Positions 11,908-21,754 of a stretch of 64,000 nucleotides of DNA are shown here, piece after piece. Each line of letters begins with the position of its first letter. Positions within the stretch are counted from its first letter, which is position 1. The notes beneath the pieces were generated by a model, which was not told where the DNA came from, did not search any database, and saw only the letters and a list, made by a program, of their open reading frames with translations. Source of the DNA: Anaeromyxobacter sp. (lineage in GTDB: Bacteria; Myxococcota; Myxococcia; Myxococcales; Anaeromyxobacteraceae); the NCBI GenBank assembly GCA_049840735.1, contig JASGJN010000021.1, positions 32,001-96,000 of the forward strand. The letters run 5' to 3'. The position numbers and the translations under genes were made by a program.

Positions 11908-13387
11908 TCAGCGCCCGTGGTTCCGCGCCAGCGAGCGCGGCCGCACCTGCGACGGGTTCCGCCAGTCGCCGAGCCGCGCCAGCAGGTCCTCGTCGCCGTC
12001 CGCCCGCGCGCGCTCCAGGAGGCCCTCCCACACGTCCTCGCGGACGTAGGCGTAGTCCGGCGAGAGCGCAACCACCGGCGCGTCCGCGCGCTGGGGCGCC
12101 AGCGCGGTCCACTCGCCCGGCCGGATCCCCCAGGCGATCCGGCCCACCTCGCGCCGGTCCAGCTCCGGCTCCGGTGCCCAGCTCATGGCGTCGCGCCCGG
12201 TCTCCGTGGTCGTAGAGGAAGGCCAGCCCCTGCTGCGCGATGAGCAGCGCGGGGAGCGGCCGCGGCAGCTCCGTCAACAGCTCGCGGTAGAGCCCCCAGG
12301 GCGGCTGGCGCACCGCGCCGATCCCACCCCTCGCGCCCGGCCAGGCCAGGGCCAATCCCAGCGCCACCAGCAGCGCGGGCACCGCGCGCAGCAGGCGCGG
12401 CCAGGGCAGCGGCGCCGGCCAGGCCAGCACCAGCAGCGGCGCCGCCAGCGCCGGGGCGGCCAGCGCCAGCCTGTAGCCGAGGTCCAGCAGATCGTCGCGC
12501 CAGGGGATGGCCAGGCAGGCGGCCAGCGGCAGCGCGAGGGCCGCCAGCGCCGGGCGCGCCGCAGGGCGCCGGAGCCAGGCCAGGGCCGCCAGCGGCAGCG
12601 CCGCCCACCCCGCCCAGAGCTCGCCGGCCTGCCCGGCAGGGATCGGCCGCAGCTTCAGGTAGCCCGCCGGCGACGGCCAGCCTGGCGAGAGGCGCAGCTG
12701 CCCGCCCAGCCGCTCCAGGTCGGCCGGGTGGAGCAGGTTGGGCAGCGCCCAGCTGGCCAGGGCAAAGGCCAGCGCCGCCACCAGGCCGGCCGCCAGCACC
12801 CCCGCCGCCGCGCCCATGCCGCGACGCGCCGTGACCAGCCCCAGCCCGCCGCCGATCGCCGCCAGCGCCAGCAGCGCCGCGCCGAGCCGGTGGGCGGTGG
12901 CCGCCAGCAGCAGCGCCACGGCCAGCACCGCCGCGCGACCCAGGCCGGGCCGCGCCCGGACCAGCCCCATCGCCAGCAGGGCCGGGGCCACCACCCCGAG
13001 CTGCTTGGGGAACTCCGCCGCGAGCTGCCCCAGCGTGGGCGAGGCCGCCGCCCAGGCCGCCAGCGCCAGCGCACCCTCCTCCCGCCCCGCCAGCCGCGCC
13101 CCGGCCGCCGCCGCCGCGGGCACCGCCAGCGCCGCCAGCAGCGCCGAGCCCAGCTTCACGCCCAGCTCCGGATCCCGCGCCGCCCAGGCCGCCGCCGCGA
13201 GGAAGCGGAGCACCCAGCTCGCGTCCGGCGCGTGCAGCCGGCCGGTGGCCAGCAGCCGCTCGGCCTGGACCACGTAATAGTAGCCGTCGGTCCCCAGCGG
13301 CCCCGGGCTGGCCAGCAGCGCCAGCAGCCGCGCCGCCACCGCCGCCGCGGCCAGCGCGGCCACGGCCCACCAGGCCCGGCGGCTCAC
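11908..13387 (-). CDS. Multi-pass membrane protein (GT-C-like topology, inferred); frameshift at ~12204
   Basis: GTG start overlapping the vanX-like stop; GTDGYYY motif after TM1; many TM helices; C-terminus in ORF 11908..12186. Confidence 0.6.
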
Positions 13388-13989
13388 CGCGCCGGCGCCG
13401 GGCAGAGCGGCGCCTCCTCGATGGGCCAGCGGCCGCTCCCGGCGGCGTGGAAGTGCCACCACTCGGTCCGGATGCCGCCGAACCCCGCCGCCTCCATGGC
13501 CTCCCGCAGGAGCTTGCGGTTGGCCGCCGCCTCCGGGCTGGCCGGGGCGTCGGGCGCGGCGGCTGGGGTGAAGTCGTCGAAGGGGGTAGGCATGACCACC
13601 GGCGCGCCGCTGGCGTCGACCAGGGTCAGGTCCACCGCGCCCCCGCGGTTGTGGACCGAACCCCTGGCCGGATCCGCCACGTACCGTGCGTCCGGGACCC
13701 GCCGCCACATCTCGCGCTGCACCGCCGGCGGGCGATAGCAGTCCCACACCAGGAGGCCGTACCCGCGCTGCTCCAGCCAGGCCTGGGCCCGGGCCAGCGC
13801 CTCCGCCGCGGGGCGGCGCAGCAGGCAGCGCGCGCAGGGGTAGACCGCGGCGTGGAGGAAGTTGTCCGGGGTGGCGTAGCGCAGGTCCAGCCGGACGCCC
13901 GGGGCGACCGTGGTCACGTCCACCAGCTGGGGGACGGCGGCCGGACCCCCGGTCGACAGCAGGGCGAGCAGCAGGGCGGGGGCGAGCAT
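13384..13989 (-). CDS. D-alanyl-D-alanine dipeptidase (VanX/DdpX, peptidase M15) with signal peptide
   Basis: LRYATPDNF, DCYRP, SVHNRGGAVDLTL and EWWHF motifs. Confidence 0.9.
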   Translation of the reverse strand: MLAPALLLALLSTGGPAAVPQLVDVTTVAPGVRLDLRYATPDNFLHAAVYPCARCLLRRPAAEALARAQAWLEQRGYGLLVWDCYRPPAVQREMWRRVPDARYVADPARGSVHNRGGAVDLTLVDASGAPVVMPTPFDDFTPAAAPDAPASPEAAANRKLLREAMEAAGFGGIRTEWWHFHAAGSGRWPIEEAPLCPAPAR

Positions 13990-14095
13990 CGGGCCATTGT
14001 AGCGATTGTTTGCCCCGGGCAGAGAACGGGACTTCCTCCTGTTTGTGGATAGGATCCCCCCAGGATCGACCCGCCGGCCCAGCCCCTGCTCGATC

Positions 14096-15469
14096 ATGCG
14101 CCTCCTGCTGCACACCACCCCCGCCGTGCTCGACGGCGACCTCGACCACCCGCGGCCCTTCGGCCTCGTCGCCGAGCTGGTGGCGGCCGACGCCGCGGAG
14201 GGCGCGCTGGTGATCGAGGCCGCCAGCTGGGACGAGGCGGTGTCCGCCGGCGCCGCCGTCCGCGCCGCGCCGCACCTCTCTCGCCTGCCGCTCTTCCTGG
14301 CCGAGCGCCCCGCCGGCGACGAGCCCGCCGTGGCCGGCCAGCTGTTCGACGGCCTGCACCTGGGCGACCTCCGCGCCCGGGCCGCGCCCATCCTCAGCGA
14401 GGGGTCCCGCTTCGCCCACCGCGCCAACGCGCCGGGCGAGGCGCTGGCGCAGTACCTGGCCTGCCGCCCCCAGGCGCGCCTCCACCCGATCCGCGACTGG
14501 CGCGCCCCCGGCTACTACCGCTACCCGGTGGTGGACGCGCTCTTGGGCGCCTCGGAGAACGTCTTCACCTGGCTCGACCGCTGGGCGGCGCGCCACGTGC
14601 TCGACCTGGACATCGTGGTGGACCGGCTGCGGCTCTGCGACGCCTGCAGCTCGGCCCACCTCAGCTACCTCGACGTCTGCCCGTCCTGCGCCAGCCTCGA
14701 CATCGTCCACACCCGCCTGCTGCACTGCTTCACCTGCGCCCACGTGGGTCCGCGCGAGGCGTTCGTGCAGGGCGACCACCTGAGCTGCCCCAAGTGCGAG
14801 GCCGTGCTGCGCCACATCGGCGTGGACTACGACCGGCCCATCGAGCAGCAGCAGTGCCGGCACTGCAAGCACCTCTTCGTGGACGCCGACGTGCGCAGCG
14901 CCTGCATGGCCTGCCAGGCCACCAGCAGCCCCGAGCACCTGCCCTCGCGCGCCATCGGCCTCTACCGCCTGGGCGGCGCCGGCCTGCTGCTGGCCCGCCA
15001 GGGCAACCTGTCCCCGGTCCTCTCCGGCCTGGACATGGTCAACTACATCGGCCCGGCGCTGTTCGAGCGGCTCATCGACTGGCAGGTCGCCCTGGCGCGG
15101 CGCTACCCGGAGAGCCACTTCTTCAGCGTCATCGGCCTGCGGGTGGCCAACCTCTCGCGCCTGGTGGAGACCCTGGGGCGCTCCGGCACCGCCGCGCTGG
15201 TGGACAGCTTCGCCGAGCGGCTGCGGGCCATGCTGCGCGTCTGCGACGTGACCACCCGCAGCGACGAGCACCTCTGGCTGCTGGCGCCCCACACCGATGC
15301 CAAGGGCGCCGGCTGCCTGATCGGGCGCATCGAGAAGCTCACCGAGGCCACCCGCCAGCCCAGCGGGCTCAAGCTGGAGCTGGGCTCGACGGTGGGCTCC
15401 ATCCCGGGCGAGGACGTGCCCACCGAGGGCAGCCAGCTGATGGGCGTGCTGGCCTCGCGGCTGGAGTGA
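14096..15469 (+). CDS. TackOD1-like multi-CxxC zinc-ribbon protein with degenerate GGDEF domain (putative c-di-GMP receptor)
   Basis: Six CxxC pairs (CDAC, CPSC, CFTC, CPKC, CRHC, CMAC), LRHIGVDYDRP; RVCD I-site followed by non-catalytic SDEHL. Confidence 0.7.
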   Translation: MRLLLHTTPAVLDGDLDHPRPFGLVAELVAADAAEGALVIEAASWDEAVSAGAAVRAAPHLSRLPLFLAERPAGDEPAVAGQLFDGLHLGDLRARAAPILSEGSRFAHRANAPGEALAQYLACRPQARLHPIRDWRAPGYYRYPVVDALLGASENVFTWLDRWAARHVLDLDIVVDRLRLCDACSSAHLSYLDVCPSCASLDIVHTRLLHCFTCAHVGPREAFVQGDHLSCPKCEAVLRHIGVDYDRPIEQQQCRHCKHLFVDADVRSACMACQATSSPEHLPSRAIGLYRLGGAGLLLARQGNLSPVLSGLDMVNYIGPALFERLIDWQVALARRYPESHFFSVIGLRVANLSRLVETLGRSGTAALVDSFAERLRAMLRVCDVTTRSDEHLWLLAPHTDAKGAGCLIGRIEKLTEATRQPSGLKLELGSTVGSIPGEDVPTEGSQLMGVLASRLE

Positions 15470-15473
15470 GCCC

Positions 15474-16754
15474 GTGCCGACCGCGCTCGACGCCACCACG
15501 CTGGTGCTCAAGTTCTTCCCGCTGGTGCTGCTCTTCGAGCTGCCGGTCTACCTGATCATCTGGCTGGGCGCGCTGCTGTGGGCCCGGGATCGGCGCCGCA
15601 CCCCGCCCGCGGACGACTACCTGCCCTCGGTGAGCTGCCTCGTCACCTGCTACGCCGAGGGCAAGGACGTCGGGATCACCATCCGGACGCTGCTCGAGCA
15701 GCTCTACCCCGGGCTCATCGAGATCATCGTGGTGGTGGACGGCGCGGTGCAGAACCGGGCCACCTACCAGGCCGCCCGCGACTGGCAGGCCGAGGCGCGC
15801 AGCTACCCCATGCGCGTGCTCAAGGTCCTGCCCAAGCGGACCCGCGGCGGCCGCGTGTCCAGCCTCAACGCGGCCCGCCTCTTCGCCCGGGGCGAGATCA
15901 TCCTCACCCTCGACGGCGACACCTCCTTCGACAACGACATGGTCTGGCAGGTGACGCGCCCCTTCGCCGATCCCGGCGTGGGCGCCGCCTCCGGCGCGCT
16001 GCGGCTGCGCAACGCCAAGGCCAGCCTGCCGGCACGGCTGCAGGCGCTGGAGTACATGCTCTCCATCCAGCTGGCCCGGACCGGGCTCTCGGCGCTGGGG
16101 ATCGTCAACTGCATCTCCGGCGCGTTCGGCGCCTTCCACCGCGACCTGGTGGACCGGCTGGACGGATGGGACGCCGGCACGGCCGAGGACCTGGACATCG
16201 TCCTGCGCATCAAGAAGCGGGCCGGTGGCGCCCGGAGCCAGATCGTCCACACGCCCCTGGCCATGGGCCACACCGACGGCCCCACCACGTGGAAGGGCTT
16301 CTTCAAGCAGCGGCTGCGCTGGGACGGTGACCTCTACTATCTCTACGTCCGCAAGCACGGCCGCAGCCTCAAGCCCAGCCTGCTGGGCTGGCGCAACTAC
16401 GTGATGCTGCTCTGGACCGGCATCTACTTCCAGCTGATCATGCCCTTCGTGATCGTGGCCTCCACGATCTGGATGCTCCTGAGCGCCTCGGCCGCCTCGC
16501 TGCTGCTGGTGCTGGGGCTGGTGCTGGCCTTCTACACGCTCGCCACCCTGGGCCTGTTCCTCACCTACCTCTGGCTCCTCTCCGAGCGGCGCGCCCACGA
16601 CTGGCCCTACCTGCGCTTCATCCCGCTCTTCCCCCTCTTCGCCTTCGCCACCCGCGTCTGGAACGGCTTCGCCACGCTGGCCGAGCTCGTCACCCGGCAG
16701 CACCTCGACTCCTCCATGGCGCCGTGGTGGGTGCTCAGGAAGACCCGCTTCTGA
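15474..16754 (+). CDS. Processive GT2 polysaccharide synthase (PgaC/HasA/NodC-like)
   Basis: LDGDT (DxD), TAEDLD and QRLRW (QxxRW) motifs; N- and C-terminal TM helices. Confidence 0.85.
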   Translation: MPTALDATTLVLKFFPLVLLFELPVYLIIWLGALLWARDRRRTPPADDYLPSVSCLVTCYAEGKDVGITIRTLLEQLYPGLIEIIVVVDGAVQNRATYQAARDWQAEARSYPMRVLKVLPKRTRGGRVSSLNAARLFARGEIILTLDGDTSFDNDMVWQVTRPFADPGVGAASGALRLRNAKASLPARLQALEYMLSIQLARTGLSALGIVNCISGAFGAFHRDLVDRLDGWDAGTAEDLDIVLRIKKRAGGARSQIVHTPLAMGHTDGPTTWKGFFKQRLRWDGDLYYLYVRKHGRSLKPSLLGWRNYVMLLWTGIYFQLIMPFVIVASTIWMLLSASAASLLLVLGLVLAFYTLATLGLFLTYLWLLSERRAHDWPYLRFIPLFPLFAFATRVWNGFATLAELVTRQHLDSSMAPWWVLRKTRF

Positions 16755-18886
16755 TGGCCCGCCCGATCTCCCTCGCGCGGACCGCGCTCCTCGCCCTCGC
16801 GGCCCCGGCCCTGGCCGCGGCCGCGCCGCTCGGCCTGCCCGAGCTGGAGGCGGCGCTGGACGGGCGCGACGAGGTCCGGGCGGCCTCGGCCGACCTGGCG
16901 CTGGCCGACGCCCAGGCCGCGCGCGCGCAGGGCGACGGCGGCCTGCGGGCCACCACCAGCGCGGTGGTGGGGGCGCTCTCCGAGCCGCAGTGGCCGCTCG
17001 GCACCAGCCGCGACTACGGCTCGCTGGGGCTGGCGCTGGGGCTGCGCTACCCGCTGCTGGGCTCGGCCGCCGAGGAGCGGCTGGCGGTGGCCACCGCGCG
17101 GCTGGACGCGCTCACCGCCCAGGCCCGCCGCGACGCGGCCCGGCTGCGGCTGCGGCGCGAGCTGCGCGAGAGCTTCTTCGGCTACGCCCAGGCCCAGGCC
17201 CACCTCGCGCTGGCCGAGGCCTTCCTGGCCGACGCCCCGCGCATCCGCGCGGTGCTCCGCCGCCGGCAGGCGGCCGGGCTGGTGCTGGAGAGCGACCGCC
17301 GCCAGATGGAGCTGGCCTTCGCCCGCGCCGAGCGCGCGCGAGACGGGGCCGCGGCGGAGCTGGCGCAGCGGCGCGAGGAGCTGCGCCGCTGGTCGGCGGC
17401 CTTCGACGGCCAGGTGACGCTCCCGCCTCCAGCCGCGCTGCGCGGGGGCGGGGAGGCGCTGGCCCAGGAGCTGGGCTCGCGCCGCGCCGCCGCCCGCACC
17501 GCGCCGCTGGCCGAGCTGGAGGCGCCCGGGACCTCGCTGCTGGCCGGCGCGCGGGGCAACGTCTTCGTGACCGGGACGCTCCGCCACGACACCGACCTGG
17601 GCAACGGGGGCAGCGTGGTGGCGGGCCTGTCGCTGGACTGGCCGCTCTCCCGCGCCAGCGGCGCCGGGCTGGCCGGCGAGCACCAGGCCCGGGTCGAGCA
17701 GGCGCGGCTGGCGGTGGAGCGGCTCCAGGCGGACGAGCAGCGGCTGGCGGTCCAGGCCCTGGGCGAGGCCGAGCAGGCCGCCGCCGAGCTGCGGCTGGCC
17801 CGCGCGCGGGTGGCCAGCGCCGCCGCCGCCGCGGCCGAGGCGGCGCAGCGGGCCCGGCTCTCCGGCGGCGCCGACGGCGCGCCCATCGAGCGCTGGGTGC
17901 GGGCGCGGGCCGCGCTCCACGACGAGCTGCTCGCGCTGCAGCAGGCGGAGGGGCGCCAGGCGCTGGCCGCCGCGCAGGTGGCGCTGGCCTTCGACGGCAG
18001 CGGCATCGCCCCGCTGGTCCCGACCCAGCCGCCGCCCTGCGCCGCCCCGGCGCTGGCGCTGCTGGCCTGGCGCACGCTGGAGGCGCAGCCGCCGCCCGCG
18101 CCGGCCTGCGCCGAGCCGACCGCTGCGCCCGCGCCGGCCGGCCGCGCCTTCTACGCCTGGGACGGCCCGCGCGCCCTGGAGCGCGCCGGGGACGACGCCT
18201 TCTGGCGGACCACCCGCGCCGGGACCCTCTGGCTCTCCTTCGGCGCCGACGCGCTGGCGCGGCTCCAGGAGCCGGCCGCGCGCGAGGCGCTGCGGTCGGG
18301 CCTGCTGCGCCTGCACGAGCGCGGCGTGGGCGTGGCGCTGCTGCTGGGTGAGCCCAGCTGGCTGCGGCCCGGGCAGGAGCAGGCGCTCTTCGCCCTGGTC
18401 CGGTCGCTGGCCGACCTGCCCTTCGACGCCATCCACCTCGACGTGGAGCCGGTGCAGCTCCAGCCGCCGCTCCCCGGCGACCAGGCCTGGACCGCCCTGG
18501 CGCGCCTGGCGCGCGAGACCCGCGCCATCGCCGGGCGCCCGGTGCTGCTCAGCCTGAACTGGCGCGACCTCTCGCCCGCGCCGGGCGCGCCCTGCCCGGC
18601 CTGCGCCGCCGCCGCGGCCGCCGACGAGGTGGTGGTGATGCTGTACGCCACCTCGCCGGAGCTGGTGGAGCAGCGGATGCGCGCGCTGCTGGCGCGCCGC
18701 CCCGCTCCGCGGCTCTGGCTGGCCCAGAGCATCGAGCCGGCGCTGGGGCCGGAGGAGAGCTTCGCCGGCCAGGGGCGAGGTGCGCTGGCGGCGCAGCAGG
18801 ACCGGCTCTCGGGCCTGTCCGCCGATCCCACCTTCGCCGGGTTCGCCGTCCAGAGCCTGGAGGACTTCCTCGAGGCCCGCCCATGA
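16754..18886 (+). CDS. TolC/outer-membrane-factor-like protein fused to a C-terminal glycoside-hydrolase-like domain
   Basis: Signal peptide; two helical repeats with GLRYPLL / GLSLDWPL strands; Pro/Ala linker; C-terminal FDAIHLDVEP and DEVVVMLY; TGATG coupling to GT2. Confidence 0.65.
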   Translation: MARPISLARTALLALAAPALAAAAPLGLPELEAALDGRDEVRAASADLALADAQAARAQGDGGLRATTSAVVGALSEPQWPLGTSRDYGSLGLALGLRYPLLGSAAEERLAVATARLDALTAQARRDAARLRLRRELRESFFGYAQAQAHLALAEAFLADAPRIRAVLRRRQAAGLVLESDRRQMELAFARAERARDGAAAELAQRREELRRWSAAFDGQVTLPPPAALRGGGEALAQELGSRRAAARTAPLAELEAPGTSLLAGARGNVFVTGTLRHDTDLGNGGSVVAGLSLDWPLSRASGAGLAGEHQARVEQARLAVERLQADEQRLAVQALGEAEQAAAELRLARARVASAAAAAAEAAQRARLSGGADGAPIERWVRARAALHDELLALQQAEGRQALAAAQVALAFDGSGIAPLVPTQPPPCAAPALALLAWRTLEAQPPPAPACAEPTAAPAPAGRAFYAWDGPRALERAGDDAFWRTTRAGTLWLSFGADALARLQEPAAREALRSGLLRLHERGVGVALLLGEPSWLRPGQEQALFALVRSLADLPFDAIHLDVEPVQLQPPLPGDQAWTALARLARETRAIAGRPVLLSLNWRDLSPAPGAPCPACAAAAAADEVVVMLYATSPELVEQRMRALLARRPAPRLWLAQSIEPALGPEESFAGQGRGALAAQQDRLSGLSADPTFAGFAVQSLEDFLEARP

Positions 18887-19902
18887 AGATCCGCTTCAGC
18901 GTCCCCGAGGCCACCGACCCCCGCCGCGAGGGGGGCATGCAGCTGCCGCCGCAGCAGGGGAAGCGCACCTCGGCGCGCTGGCGCTGGCTGCTGGTGGTGC
19001 TCCTGGCGCTCAGCCCGGGCCTGCTGGTGGGCGGCTACCTGCTGCGCGGCTGGCTCTGGGTGGACGCGGGCGGCTTCGTCTTCTTCGAGGAGCTGCCGGT
19101 GACGGCGCCCGGCCCGGGCACGGTGGTGGCGGTCCAGGCGGCGGCCGGGAAGCCGGTCGAGCCGGGCGCACCGCTGGTGGAGCTGCAGAACCCGGAGCTG
19201 GCCGCCGAGGCCGCGGCGCTGCAGGCCGCCACGCGCCACGCCGGGCGCAGCAGCCCGGAGCTCGCCGCGCTCGACCGGCAGGTGGCGGCGCTGCGCGCGG
19301 CGCGCCAGGCCCGGCAGGACGAGCTGTCCAGCCTGCGCGCGCTGCAGGCGGCGGGCGCGGCCACGAGGGGCGAGGTGCTGGCCGCGCGCGAGCGGGCCGG
19401 CGCGGCCGAGGCGGCGCTGGCGGCGGCGGAGCGCGACCGGGCCAGCGCGCTGGCGCTGCTCGACGCCAGCGGCCAGACCACGGCCGACCAGGCCAGCCGG
19501 CTGGCGGTGCTGACGGCCCGCCTGGAGGCGCTGAAGGTCGCGGCGCCGGCGGCCGGCCTGGTGGACTCCGTGGTGGTGCAGCGCGGCCAGCGGGTGGCCG
19601 CCGGCGAGCCGCTGCTGGTGCTGCGCCGGGGCGAGCCGCAGGTGGTCGGCTTCCTGCCCGGGCGCGAGCTGGCGCTCAGCACAGGCGACGAGGTCCGGCT
19701 GGTGCTGCCGGACGGCACCACCCTGCGCGGCCGTGTCATCGGCCAGGCGCCCTCGACGCTCCGGCTGCCCGAGGAGCTGTCCAGCTCCTTCGAGCCGCGC
19801 ACCGCCCGGCTGCAGGTGCTGATCGCGCCGGAGGGGCTGCCGCCGCAGGCGCGGGTGCACCGCCTGCCGGTGACGGTCCGGCTGTTCCGGTTCAGGTGGT
19901 GA
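18883..19902 (+). CDS. HlyD family periplasmic adaptor (membrane fusion protein)
   Basis: One TM helix; lipoyl half-motifs VTAPGPGTV...GAPLVEL and VAAPAAGLV...GEPLLVL around a coiled coil; ATGA overlap. Confidence 0.8.
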   Translation: MKIRFSVPEATDPRREGGMQLPPQQGKRTSARWRWLLVVLLALSPGLLVGGYLLRGWLWVDAGGFVFFEELPVTAPGPGTVVAVQAAAGKPVEPGAPLVELQNPELAAEAAALQAATRHAGRSSPELAALDRQVAALRAARQARQDELSSLRALQAAGAATRGEVLAARERAGAAEAALAAAERDRASALALLDASGQTTADQASRLAVLTARLEALKVAAPAAGLVDSVVVQRGQRVAAGEPLLVLRRGEPQVVGFLPGRELALSTGDEVRLVLPDGTTLRGRVIGQAPSTLRLPEELSSSFEPRTARLQVLIAPEGLPPQARVHRLPVTVRLFRFRW

Positions 19903-19908
19903 GCGCGG

Positions 19909-20580
19909 CTACCGCGGCAGCGGCGTGAAGGCCGGCCGGCGGGGCGAGGCCAGGTAGGCGGCGATCCGCTCCCGCGCGGCGATGCGGGCGGCGAAGGCCA
20001 CCAGCGCCGGGTGCCGGTCCACCGCGGCCTCGAAGCCGTTGTCGCGCAGCGACTCCAGCAGGTACCAGAGCGCCAGGTCGGCCACCGTCAGCCCGGCGCC
20101 GACGGCGAACCCCTGGCCGCCGCGGTTGGCCCGGAGCAGCCGGTCGAGCGCCGCCGTCCAGCGCGGCAGCGTCTGCTCCACCAGCCCGGCGCGCACCGCC
20201 GCGCGCGCCTCGGGCGCGGCGGTGGCGAGCTTGCGCAGCTCCGTCCGCACGTCCTCGATGGCCCCCAGCCACTCGTCGCAGCGCGCCTCCTCCAGCGCGT
20301 CCTGCCCGCGCAGGCCGTGCCGGCGGGCCAGGTAGTTGGCGATGGCGGCGCTCTGCGCCAGGCGCAGCCCGTCCGGCTCCTCCCAGACCGGCACCGCGCC
20401 GAAGGGGAGCGAGCCGGCCGCGGCCAGCTCCGCCAGGTCGGTCGGGCGCCCGCCCACCGGCGGCGTGCCGCGGCCCACCGGGTGCTCCGCGTGATCCAGC
20501 CCGATCTCGGCCAGCAGCAGGCGGATCACCTCGGCGCGCCCGCGGGCCGGGAAGTAGAGCAGGGTCGGCTTCGAGGTCAT
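19909..20580 (-). CDS. Glutathione S-transferase
   Basis: LLYFPARGRAEVIRLLL, LPFGAVPV, QSAAIANYLAR and LTVADL motifs. Confidence 0.9.
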   Translation of the reverse strand: MTSKPTLLYFPARGRAEVIRLLLAEIGLDHAEHPVGRGTPPVGGRPTDLAELAAAGSLPFGAVPVWEEPDGLRLAQSAAIANYLARRHGLRGQDALEEARCDEWLGAIEDVRTELRKLATAAPEARAAVRAGLVEQTLPRWTAALDRLLRANRGGQGFAVGAGLTVADLALWYLLESLRDNGFEAAVDRHPALVAFAARIAARERIAAYLASPRRPAFTPLPR

Positions 20581-20729
20581 GGCGCCAGTCTACCGCCGGC
20601 GGCCCGGGCCGCCAGCGACACCGCGCCCCTTCCGCCGGGGCCGACGGCGCGTGTGCTGATATTCCCCGGCACGCGCGCCGCGCGTTCACGCTATCCTCTC
20701 GTGCCCCGGACACGCGGAGAGTCGAGCAC

Positions 20730-21638
<909 letters not shown>

Positions 21639-21754
21639 CGCCGCGCCCCGGAAGGTCCGCCGCGCAGGCGCCGGAGCCCACCTCCGGCTGAGGCCGCACG
21701 CCGCACGCCGCCTTTTGACCCCAGGATGTGGTTAGATCGCACTGGGAGTCCCAT

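Noticed and set aside
11101..13989. Vancomycin resistance cluster
   Set aside because: No vanA/B ligase, vanH or vanRS, and the VanX-like protein has a signal peptide
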